In this document: positions 30,408-41,000 of the stretch, piece by piece
Layout: each line of letters opens with the position of its first letter
Position numbering within the stretch: position 1 is the stretch's first letter
Origin: a virus
Lineage: Duplodnaviria > Caudoviricetes
Virus record (IMG/VR): IMGVR_UViG_3300012662_000008
Span: 1-64,000 of that record
Strand: one strand, 5' to 3'
DNA: 64,000 bases
Notes under the pieces: generated by a model
What the model saw: only the letters and a program-made list of their open reading frames with translations
What the model was told of the DNA's origin: nothing
Databases searched by the model: none
Translations under genes and position numbers: made by a program

Positions 30408-31095
30408 TATTATTGTTATTTCTGGATTAAAAAACTCGGGCAAAGATACTGTAGCAGATATGTTACAGTACTGCCTGAGTGTTCCAGAGCCTTTTAAGAA
30501 GTACTGGATGTACCGACATTACCGATATGCTTTTAATGACACATATAAGAAGGTCGCTTTTGCAGATTCTCTTAAAGATACGCTCTCTGTCTTACTTGGC
30601 ATACCTGTAGAAAAGTTTTATGATCGGGATTTTAAAGAGCATTTCTATATAAGAGGTCTGGAAACAACTAGCTTTCCTCCAAAAGAGGAAACTCTTTCTG
30701 AATCTGATTTTATTAAAATGATTTCCGAAAAAGATTTTTCTTTTTTAAGAACACATTTTATAACAATTAGACAACTCCTACAATGTTTTGGCACGGAAAT
30801 TGTTAGGGGACTTTTCGGAGATGCTTTTTGGGCTGAAAGGGCAATGAAGCACACTTTTGATAAAATGATTATTACAGACTTGCGTTTTAAAATAGAACTA
30901 GAGGCGGTTAGAAAACATAAGGGAATTGTTATATACATAGACAACCCGAATTGTGCACCAGAACAACACTCCAGTGAAAACGAAGTGCTAGAGATGAAAG
31001 AGAATCACGATTTTGATTTTATAATTGAAAACAACGGAACTCTTGAAGATTTATTTAATAAAATAGTAAAATGGACGGATTTACAATGCTCTTAA
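30397..31095 (+). CDS. Deoxynucleoside monophosphate kinase
   Basis: SGLKNSGKDT, AFADSLK, RQLLQCFGTE, ITDLRF, HSSE. Confidence 0.85.
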   Translation: MLNNIIVISGLKNSGKDTVADMLQYCLSVPEPFKKYWMYRHYRYAFNDTYKKVAFADSLKDTLSVLLGIPVEKFYDRDFKEHFYIRGLETTSFPPKEETLSESDFIKMISEKDFSFLRTHFITIRQLLQCFGTEIVRGLFGDAFWAERAMKHTFDKMIITDLRFKIELEAVRKHKGIVIYIDNPNCAPEQHSSENEVLEMKENHDFDFIIENNGTLEDLFNKIVKWTDLQCS

Positions 31096-31271
31096 CAGTG
31101 ATTATTTACATCACAATTATTTATTTCGCTATAAAAGAGGGAGGAAAGAAGAACTTTATAAAAGATAACAAGTCTGCCAATATGCTTATCGGAGGCCTAC
31201 TTGGTTTCTTTCTAGGCTTACTTGGATTGATTATTTTGTGGCTAGTTCCGAATGATGATCGTCTTAATTAG
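31071..31271 (+). CDS. Small membrane protein
   Basis: Two hydrophobic stretches, including GGLLGFFLGLLGLIILWLV. Confidence 0.6.
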   Translation: MDGFTMLLTVIIYITIIYFAIKEGGKKNFIKDNKSANMLIGGLLGFFLGLLGLIILWLVPNDDRLN

Positions 31272-31452
31272 AATACTCCTTTATGTGCTAGTAGCAACTC
31301 TCTTATTTGGATTTGTAGGAGTGGCTTTCTTTGTGTTTGCATTTGCTTTATACGATGCGTCACAGGGTGAATTTAATAGAACATTAGATCTTGCCCGAAA
31401 TTGTAAGTTATATAAATGGGCATATAATTATTTTAAAAAGAAATATAACTAA
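31252..31452 (+). CDS. Small membrane protein
   Basis: Long N-terminal hydrophobic segment. Confidence 0.6.
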   Translation: MMIVLIRILLYVLVATLLFGFVGVAFFVFAFALYDASQGEFNRTLDLARNCKLYKWAYNYFKKKYN

Positions 31453-31697
31453 TGGTAGCAACAATTATTATTTTGGCAATTTTGCTTGTACTTTCTGTGT
31501 TTGCAGGAATGTTTTTCATGGCTCTTTTTGGAATTGTGCTTGTTACAATGGAGGAGCATAGAAGAAATTACTTTGATAGAGTAAAAAATATGTTTAAAAA
31601 GGGAGCACCTAAGGTGTACGAAATTATAGACAACGCAATGGAGGATGATTTTCCTGAGGAAAAGTTTGATGAAATATTAAAAAAGTACGAAGAGTAA
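31452..31697 (+). CDS. Small membrane protein
   Basis: N-terminal hydrophobic segment with a charged tail. Confidence 0.6.
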   Translation: MVATIIILAILLVLSVFAGMFFMALFGIVLVTMEEHRRNYFDRVKNMFKKGAPKVYEIIDNAMEDDFPEEKFDEILKKYEE

Positions 31698-31702
31698 TAT
31701 AT

Positions 31703-31741
31703 AGGGTCATATGGCGAAAGCTGTATGGCCCTTATTTTTTT
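31703..31741 (+). terminator. Rho-independent terminator
   Basis: AGGGTCATATGGC-GAAA-GCTGTATGGCCCT followed by TATTTTTTT. Confidence 0.8.
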
Positions 31742-31810
31742 GTTATATATAATATAAATATAGGAAAAACATAGTTAAGTTCCTGATATATAACACGTTG
31801 ATGTGAAAAG

Positions 31811-31885
31811 TTATACTCCAGTTATATAATATTTATACTCCATTGACACTACTTTTATACTCCATTGATACAATCTTTATACTCG
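31811..31885 (+). repeat. Iteron-like array 1: four TTATACTC(CA/G) repeats at exact 22-bp period
   Basis: Copies start at 31811, 31833, 31855 and 31877. Confidence 0.8.
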
Positions 31886-31901
31886 AAAAAAAGTAGAAAC
31901 T

Positions 31902-31933
31902 CTTGCTTTTTATAAAAAATATAACTATATTTG
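31902..31933 (+). promoter_or_regulatory. Bacteroidota-type promoter for the first repL-like gene
   Basis: CTTG(31902-31905)-N20-TATATTTG(31926-31933). Confidence 0.65.
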
Positions 31934-31969
31934 CAGTATAAAAATGTAGTTAACAAAAGTATAAAAATT

Positions 31970-32431
31970 ATGAAAGAGCAAAAGAAAACAGTAGTAGACT
32001 CCAACACTGGAGAAATTTTAGAAGAAACCACTACAATCGTGGCAGAGAGAAAGTACACAAAAGATAATTTTATTTATTTATATCTGAACGATTTATCCGG
32101 AATAATGAATATAAAAACGCAGACGGAGTTGCGAGTGTTAGCTTGGTTGTGAAAATTTTCGTCTTACCCAGATGACGGAATGACTGGGAATTGTATAGTT
32201 GTAGGAGATTTACTTTTTGATAAAATTGAAAATGATCTCGGAATAAAAAGACAAACGATTAGAAACTGTATTTCAGGGCTGGCAAAATCACAAACAATCA
32301 TAAAAGATCCAAAACATAGATCGACATATTATTTGAATCCGAAGTATTTTTATAAGGGGAAAATTAATGAATTACCAAAAACAAGAAAAGTTATTTTGAC
32401 CTACACAGAAGACGAGACAACAGAAGAATAA
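31970..32431 (+). CDS. RepL-like (plasmid replication/HTH) protein 1
   Basis: VDSNTGEI, HTH-like LGIKRQTIRNCISGL, YYLNPKYFYKG. Joined across TGA 32150-32152. Confidence 0.75.
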
Positions 32432-32537
32432 TATATGGGGGTACGTAGTTTTATGCTACACAGCCCTTATTTTTTTTTCTTTGGAATTTGTTTAAGTATA
32501 CTTATTAAGTATATATTAAGTATAGTTAGTTGATGAA

Positions 32538-32598
32538 ATGTGCGCAGTATGGTGTAAAATGTGCGCACTAATGTGATAGTATGTGCGCACTCTGCGCA
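32538..32598 (+). repeat. Iteron-like array 2: ATGTGCGCA x3 at 21-22 bp period plus a fourth TGCGCA
   Basis: Copies at 32538, 32559 and 32581; TGCGCA at 32593. Preceded by TTAAGTATA x3 (32492-32524). Confidence 0.75.
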
Positions 32599-32816
32599 TA
32601 TATTAACACATTACTAAAAAATAATTGTTCATTTATAAAAATATTTTACAAAACTAATAATTAGATAAGAAGAGATTATTGTTAAAAATAGGGTTAATAC
32701 ATTATATATTAGTTAGTTACAGAGAAATAGTAGTTTCCTACAGAACAACTTTCGGCTACTACAATAGAGATTTCGACTATTGTAGTGGTTATTTTTTCAC
32801 AAAATTGTGAATTTTA

Positions 32817-32848
32817 TTTGGAAATGTCGGAAATTTTGTTCATATTTG
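32817..32848 (+). promoter_or_regulatory. Bacteroidota-type promoter for the second repL-like gene
   Basis: TTTG(32817-32820)-N20-CATATTTG(32841-32848), one mismatch. Confidence 0.55.
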
Positions 32849-32887
32849 TGTGAACAAAAGATGATTAAAATACTTAAAATTAAGAAA

Positions 32888-33361
32888 ATGAAGAAATTTA
32901 TTAACTCTGCAGAAAGAAAAGTTTATGACGAGACAGGGAATGTTAAGGTAGAAACAATTTCTAAAACAATTGTGCATAAGACAGATGAAGATTCTTTTTA
33001 CATGACTTTTACTAATTATATAATGTGAATGTGTCAAGTTAAAAGTGTTGCAACATTAAAGATTTTATATAAATTACTAGAACAGGCAGAATTCAACACA
33101 GGAAATGTAGATATACCAGCTGGTGTGCGCACAGAAATAGAGACAACTCTAGATATATGCAAAAGTCAGTTCACAAAATCAATTACCGAACTAATTAATA
33201 AGAATGTTCTATGACAGAGAACTGTGCTAGACAAAAGCACTGGAGAACTAAAACCATTAAAAGGCTGTTATACAATAAATCCCGAAATGTTCTGAAAAGG
33301 CGATCTTAAAACTAGACGAGATCTGCGAGTTACTTTTGAATCAATACCTACAGATGAATAA
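32888..33361 (+). CDS. RepL-like protein 2
   Basis: Three TGA read as W; AEFNTG, LDICKSQFTKSITEL, YTINPEMF(W)KG; TAA 33359-33361. Confidence 0.75.
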
Positions 33362-33365
33362 AATG

Positions 33366-33411
33366 AATAAACCCCTACATGACCTTTCGGTTGTGTAGGG
33401 GTTATTTTTTT
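33366..33411. terminator. Probable bidirectional terminator at the convergence of the two gene blocks
   Basis: AACCCCTACATGACC-TTTC-GGTTGTGTAGGGGTT, flanked by an A-rich tract and a T tract. Confidence 0.8.
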
Positions 33412-36400
33412 AATTAAAATAGCTACTAAGTTCACGAGTTGCTCCAAATGTCGTTATAATTGCTTGACTCAATTCGCGATCTCCAGTAAGTACACCGTGC
33501 GCTGTTTTTGCTCACTGCGAAACAGATTGAAATGCTGGAGGAGTAATACCCTGTGCAACACTTCCTAAAACCATGTTAATTGGGCCGTCCTCAGCAAAAC
33601 CAGTCAAAACACCATAAGACCATTGTGTTCACCAATCTTGATCTGCCTTGTTTTCTATAACATCTTCTCCGTACATTACTTTTAATAATGCTAAGAAAAG
33701 CATAAGACCGAGAGTGTCCATCAACCCATTTAATAATTGCCCTCTATCTATAGGATTATTTCATAGTTCTTTAAAGCCATCAATGTCAAGAGTGCACAAC
33801 TTCGTTAAGAAACCCCAAGTAGCTGGAACCATTCCAACAGAGTACGTACCTTCTTTTATTCTAAGCACTCTTGCCCTCCCCTCGGTAATTTCTTGTTCAG
33901 TAACTTCGGATTTTGGTATATATTGTATTGCATCCATTCCTGCTGCAATTTCTTCAGGAGTACTAGCAACTTCTCAGATTTCTTCTCCATTTTCATCAGT
34001 TTCAATATATTCTGTTCATTGGTTCTCGAAACCTTTTGTTTTTAAGTGTTGGTTAAGTATTGCTCCTAAGAAAGATTTATATTGCATCACAGCGCCCCCT
34101 AAAACTTGGTAAGAGAAAAGTGATTTATCTTCCGAGTCAAACTCTCCATATAAGTGGGAGGCTGCATGCCTAATTGCAGCTTTTTCATCTGGTGGATATG
34201 CATCCGGGAAACTATCCCCATATTCTATATCTTTTCCAACCCTTGTTCATTGCGCATAATAATCATCGTATTTATCCTTTTGCTTTTTCCACTCTGTTAT
34301 ATCATCAGCCTCTTCTGCTTTTATCATTGTGCCATCTGGTCTAAAAAGCTTGTTGAAACGAGCATCTTTTTCGATATGATAAACAAATCCACCTTGTACT
34401 TCTTCATAGGCATCATATGCTCCGTCGTGCTTCAATTTTGCAATTGCCACAGCTACCCTAAAATAATCATCTGGTAATTTCGACATAAGAAAGACGTCCT
34501 TGCTTCCTATTTGCCTGAGGCCATAATTTCGTATTTTGGACGTTTCTGCCATTTCTCTTGCAGAGAAACTAGACATTGCAAAACGGCTATTTAAAAATGC
34601 AACAAAATTTTTCGTTGAAAAACTAAGTGGTTTTTCAGACGCAACAATCCCAATTGCAGAGGTAAGTTCATCCAGTGTAACACCTTGTAATAATTGTGTT
34701 CCAGATCTTGTATATGCTCTATATGCACTTGAAAGCATTTCCTTTATTCCGGTGCGCGTATTAAAGCCCAGTGTCACTTTGCTAGTTATGCTTTTCATTG
34801 CAGAGAGGACATCTTTAACAAAATCAAGTGATTGTGCTGTAATTTGCTTTCTAAGTAATTTTGCATCAGTAAAATCCTGTAACCATTCACGTATTTCACG
34901 TACATCTAGCCCGAACTTTGATGCGTACTCCAATCCAGACTTAAACGCAATAAAATAAGGGATAAACTCTTTTGAAGCACGAGAGACGGAATCTGCTGCT
35001 GCTACTTCTAAGAAAATAGTTTGAAGATCGGTTGAAAAAACATTTCCTTCTTTCGATAAAAGTACATCTCGTTCATTCCTGCCGATATTAAACGGGTTGT
35101 ATGCGCCGTTAAGATCATTTGTTTTTCTTTGCCAAGTTCTTTGTTGTTTCCTACCTCCGTATACAACTTCCTCAGCAAGAGGTCTAACAGAGTTTTTAAC
35201 GTTTTTTCACATATTTTTTACAACGGAAACAACTCCGCTTTTTTCGAAAGTATCGCGTACCGCCTGCCCAAACTCAGCTTTCATAAGAGGAACTTCAAAA
35301 TAAGAACCGTCGTTTCTTGCTCGTTCTAGTTGTTCGTCACTATATTTTATCCCTTTCGACTCGTTGAAATACGCAGCAAGATATTCTATAAAATCTTGTG
35401 CACTTTCTCTCTGTTCTTTTGTACGGCCTTTTGTAAAATAACTATCACCAGGATTTTTTAATCGAAATTGTTTTGTAACATTTCCACGGTCGTCCAATTC
35501 AAAAAATTGTCTCCAGAATTTTGTTGGGCTATCTGTTATTTGGTTGAACCCTCATGCTTTAAAAACCCGTTCTGTTATTTTCTGAAAATCTTTCGCAGTT
35601 TGTGTAAAATAATCAGTGTATTTATCACGGCATCGATCAAACAACACACTCACGGCGCGTACATTTGCAGATGCAGATTGATCGTTTGGAGCAATATAAG
35701 TACCATTCGGAATTGCACCTTTACTAACAAATTTTCCAGTATCCGGCTCTACATAAACATGTAATCCAGTAGCAATTGCTAGTCTTGCCTGTCCTAAGTT
35801 ATAATAAACAAGCCCTTCTTTTGTTTCTATATTGAAACAACTATCTTTATAAGTACGCTCCATTTTATCCATAAACTGCGTTATCTTTTCTTCTGTATAA
35901 GCTGCCTCATCTCCATTTGGACGTAATGCACCATCAAAAATATCTAAGTTTTCACTAGCGCATAAGTCCATTGCAGTATTTATATAAGAGTCGGAGTCGG
36001 AGAAAAATCACTCTGGATTTATTGTGCGAAATTTTGCTCCTTTTTCATTTTTGTTTTTTCTATATATAAGATTTCAGTTATCAACAAAAGTTTTATTTGA
36101 ATGTGTGTCACACTCCTTTTGGGTTCACGGATTTATAACACGAACAGAGTTAATTTTGCAGCCGTTTAATATTTCTGGATTTGAAGAAATCAACGCGGCA
36201 ACACGCATAAGAGCAAGATTTCCATTTGATGCATTTAATATATTGAAATTATCCGTTCCTTGTGCGAAATCTTTCATTTTTGCACCGCAGATATTTTGAT
36301 TTCCATTTATCTGATTGACATAAAAAAGGTCTTTGCTTGAAATTGAAACAAACTCCATTTGGTTGGATTTATTGAAAATCAGTATTCCATTTTGGTTAAG

Positions 36401-38029
36401 TTCTTTATTTCTAACAAAATTCCAACCTGTTTTATAATATTTTTCAAAAATATTTTTCAGAAAAACACGTGATGAATCATTGAAATTATGATGTCACTTT
36501 TCTATAATATTATCATCTTCACCATGTGTATCAAAAACTCTTTGGAGATTCTCGGCAAAATAATCCAACTCGTTTGCTCTATATTTTTCCAGATCCGCAA
36601 CATATTTACCGAGTTGTTCATCAAGTTCTTCTGGCGCGCAATTAACTCTACGCGAATCTTGCAATCCATCTCTATAAAAGAAATATCTTTTGCCTTTTTT
36701 ATATAGATCGCTATCTTTATCAGTTATCTCGTGTATAAAATTAGGTTTACTTTTATATTCTTCCACAGATGCCACACGCTGCCTACCAGAGTTACTTTCG
36801 GTGTCAAGACCAGGTGCTATAATTCGCATTATATCGTCTGTATTGACTAGTTTATCAATTTCAATTGGCTTATTTACATTGTACATATATCCAAACGTGT
36901 GCTGAGCGCCGTCTGCAATAACTTGTTGTAGCCCAGGTCTTGATGTTGGGGTATCGTGTTTAATTGAGTTAACTTCTGTTATTTCATATTTATCCCCGAT
37001 TTTATCAATTTTATAATCCATAACAAAACGTTCGATATTCTTATCGCCAACTTCTAGGCCTCATTGTGATAGTATTGCACCATATGAGCCAACCTGATAA
37101 TTCGCCTTATTTTTTGCTGCTGAAGAAAGCCAGCCACGATCTGTGATAACACTATTCCGTTGTTCTCCCCAGTCACCAACAGGTCTTTGAGATGTTTTTC
37201 AATCATATATAATTGCTTTTCCGTCTTTATCAATAACAAGCAAGTCAACATAACCGTTAACATATTCTTTCCCTGGTTCGTCTTTTGCGGCAAGAGCTGT
37301 TCGTACATTATTATCTAGTGGCTTTGACACAATTGGAAACTCTGTTTTAAAAATAGCGTCAGGATGCTTTTTCTTAATAGAATTAGCAAACTCCGTTAGC
37401 ATTTTAAGAGTTTTATTAAAATCATCGCCTCTTAGATATTTACACTTATCTGGGTTGATTTTCAATTCCGGATCGGCAACTTGATCAAAAAGTGTTTGTA
37501 ATATATAATGGACATCTTCTCCAAGTTTTGCAGATAATTTACCTTTTGCAAGTTCTTTTGCTCACATTGATGATACTTCTGCAGAATTTGGATCCAAACT
37601 ATATTCTTTTGCCATTTTCATTCGAAAAGGCTCCTCGCCGCGCTTACTATCCATGCCAGTTATAGCTTCTTTCTGCAAGTCTTTTCTGTTTCCAATTAAC
37701 TCAAGTACTTTTGTTACACCAATTGCAACATTTCCAAAATCAAGACGCTCTGTAGGTTCATCGTCTATAATTTCGGTTTCCTCAACAACTTTCTTTTTGC
37801 CATATTTTCTAACAAGTTTATTTATCTCTCTTTCCATCTCGGAAAGTTTTTGCATTGTTTCTTCCTGTGGAGTTAGCTCCTGAAACATTTTATCTAACTT
37901 ACCTTCTGTTTTTAAGTACCAGCTTTCCAGCGACGGAGCATGATCAGCTAAAAACTGATCAAGCTCCTTATCGCTGTTAACTATAACTGGTCCTGCTTTA
38001 CCAAGTGTTATCTCAATATTGCAATTCAT
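33410..38029 (-). CDS. Large virion/ejection-type protein (~1539 aa) with an N-proximal PD-(D/E)XK-like domain
   Basis: Seven track fragments from 34247 to 38029 share one frame (4620 nt = 1540 codons to TAA 33410-33412). Contains EFPI…GYVDLLVIDKDGKAIIYD(W)KTS…YQVGSY. Confidence 0.8.
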
Positions 38030-41000
38030 TTAACAATTATATATTATTTTTGATTTTTTATCTGCCTTTTCAGCATTATCCATCAATATTTGTTTTATTG
38101 TTTTTAATTTTTGGCTTAGTATAATGTTTGATGTAAGATCGTTTGTATCATTATCAACTAATTTTGAACTAAAAGCGACAATAAAATCACCTATGTGTGT
38201 GTTACCCAACTTTTTAAGATCAATCTCTTCTTTCAAGTCAGTTTCAAAAATTTGATTGATAATATTGATCACTTCAGATTTTATATCAGATGTAAACTTC
38301 TGTGTACCAAAATTCTTTTTAAACTTAGACGAGAAAATAGATGTCATATAATCAATCAAAAGCTCCTCTTTAAAATCCGCAGTATTTCCACCATATGCCG
38401 AAATAAGTTCTTTATAACGACCAATCTGTTTTGTTCTATAGTATTCTACAACTTCATTCATTGTATTATAGTAGAGGTCCTTTACAGCATTGTCTTTATT
38501 AAACTTTAATCCAGCACAGAACAAGTGTAAAATTTCATGCATCGCTGTATCTGGCTTTACGTTATTCATATTTATGTACACTTTTCCGTTATGTATGAAA
38601 CCAGCCGCTCTTTTTGTCTTATAGTAATCGTCCCAATTCTTGAAAGTTATTGCAAACTTACTAGGATCCTCTTGATATTCACCCCACGTGTTTGGTAACA
38701 TTCCGTCTTTCAGAACAATTACATCGGCACTTTCATCACTACCAACTTTCAATCCAAGTTTCGCAGAAAGTGTATTTATAACTTCCTGAGTAACTGTTTT
38801 TGAGTTGTAATAATATTGATGCTCCAGATTATAATTCCCGTCATATGCTGTAGTAGTTCCTCCACCAAGTTTTTGATCTCCTAGTACTGGCATATCGAGA
38901 GTCCAATCACTAGCGTTTGGTATTTTTATATCAATTGGAGTTGTTCCATCTTTCTGCCTACCAAAAGTATCAACAAAAAGCATTCTACTAGATGCGCCAT
39001 TTGCATCTGTTTCTATGGCAACGTTGAACTTTTTAGCCGATTTTGGTATCATAGCAAACCTCTTTAAAAGATCATTTATATTACCCTTAACTTCTCCGAG
39101 ATCAAAATTACCGTCCTGGTCAATTGTGAAAATTGTATCAAGATCGCCAACATTTGCCTGCCTACTATCAAGATTCGCTAAAAAATTCTGGTAGCTGGTT
39201 ATTAACGATTCATCGTTATTAAAAGAAAGTGTTTCAAACAATCTAGTAAAACCTCTGTCAGAAAACGCGTTCTTATAAACAAGCGAGTTATATAAAAAGA
39301 ATGCGTCTTTTATCGTCATTCCTCCGAGTTCTGCAATTTGATCATTTGCTACATTATTAAAATCTTTTAATATCTCAGAATAAGTCTGTGCCATGCTATA
39401 ATCAGAATCCGCAATTGTCGAATTTATCGCCAATTTAAGATGCCCAACTTTTTGGTTGTATGCTCTATTATATTTACTCCAATAAGAAAGATTTCTAAAA
39501 AACGCATGGTTTACCGGAATTTGCTTTCCTTCATCGTCCGTTTCATATAAGTATCGATCTTTTAATTTTGGAATAACATAATTTTCAAAATATCTAACAA
39601 AAGATGCACATCCAGAAAGTGTACTCAGATCAATCTGTCGTAATTCTGATTTATCTTCTATAACATTTCCGTCAGACCCAACTATATCATCAACCTTTGT
39701 TGGCGTAAACTCGTCCCCGTCCCTCTGATATAATTCTTGCCCATTTGGCAATTTAATTTTAATTCCCTGTTTTGTTATTCAGTTTGTTAAAATTAAGTCT
39801 CGAACATATTTATCGAGAGCGTCCCATTCGTCGCTATTAAGCGACCTGGTAGCAGATGCATTATCTTCAAAATAATCGAAGATTTTATTGGAGAGTTCTA
39901 CAGTAAGTTTGTTCCTGAACGAATGCGACAACAACTTATATGCTAGAGAATTTTGATCAAACATTGCCTTAAAATTAGGAACAGTGTCTATAACTTTTAA
40001 TATATTATAAACAGATTTTATCGAATCATATTTCTCACATCATTTTTCTTTGTACGCCTGATCATCCAGAAATTTAATAACATCAAATCTATTGTCACTA
40101 GCTAGTTCTTTTCCAAGCCTTTTATTAACAAACATTTCGACCCTTTTAAGAACTTTCATAAAGTCATATAAGTTTGTTTTAAGACCCTGATTTATTCCAA
40201 GAATTGCGCCCATAATAGTTTGTTCTTCAATTGCCGGACGAACATTATCTGCAAAAATTTGTAATTTTTCTACATTATCAGCATAGTCAGGCATTGTAGA
40301 AAGTTGCTCGTTCTTTGGAACAACGTATTGTTCAATATAGTTATATAGTTTTATAAGTGACTCTCTATCAACTTTATATGCAGAATTGCTATCAAAATCA
40401 TCATTCCTAGACTTTTGATACTCTTGGTCCTCATCATCCATATAAGATTCTTCATCTCCCATATAAGCAGATTCATCATCTTGATTTTGCCATTCATTAT
40501 AGTCCTCATCGTCGTTTCTTCGCAGCTTTTTTGAGTACTCACTATTTATAAGATAGTGTAAATGGTCTAACAAAATTTTGGCAATTTGTGTTGAATTTTC
40601 AATGTTGTTAACATCTCCAAGTAGATCAAACAAACCTTTTCTAACTTCAGAATCTTTCGCAAAAACTCCTTTTTCTTTATTTAAAAACAATTCCTCATTA
40701 ATAACAGGCGGAACTCTTTTGATTGGAGATCCGTTTTTATCTAGAATTAACTCGCCTTTCTTATGCCCATTCTCAGTTGTTTCGTAAGTTTGGTATAATA
40801 GTTTATTAATAAAACAATTGTTATCCTTTATTCCCTTTTTCTGGTAAGCTCCCATAATTAATTTAAGATCTCTTCCCGAAACACCAGGCATAAGACCGCG
40901 CCCTAAAACAAAATCAATAACTTTATTTTTATCATTACCAGAAACTGCATTTGAAAAAATATTATTTTTTGAAAATCTTGAAACAACACTAAAAATAGGA

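Noticed and set aside
31811-32598. Possible CRISPR mini-arrays
   Set aside because: Repeats are 8-10 bp with 12-14 bp spacers, far too short for CRISPR, and no cas genes are present. They fit iterons better.
926-33037. Minus-strand ORFs in the left half
   Set aside because: They are shadows of well-supported plus-strand genes. The only minus-strand coding signal retained is the 13424-13561 cassette.
799-33361. TGA as selenocysteine
   Set aside because: TGA falls at Trp-type motif positions in many unrelated proteins rather than at catalytic Cys positions.
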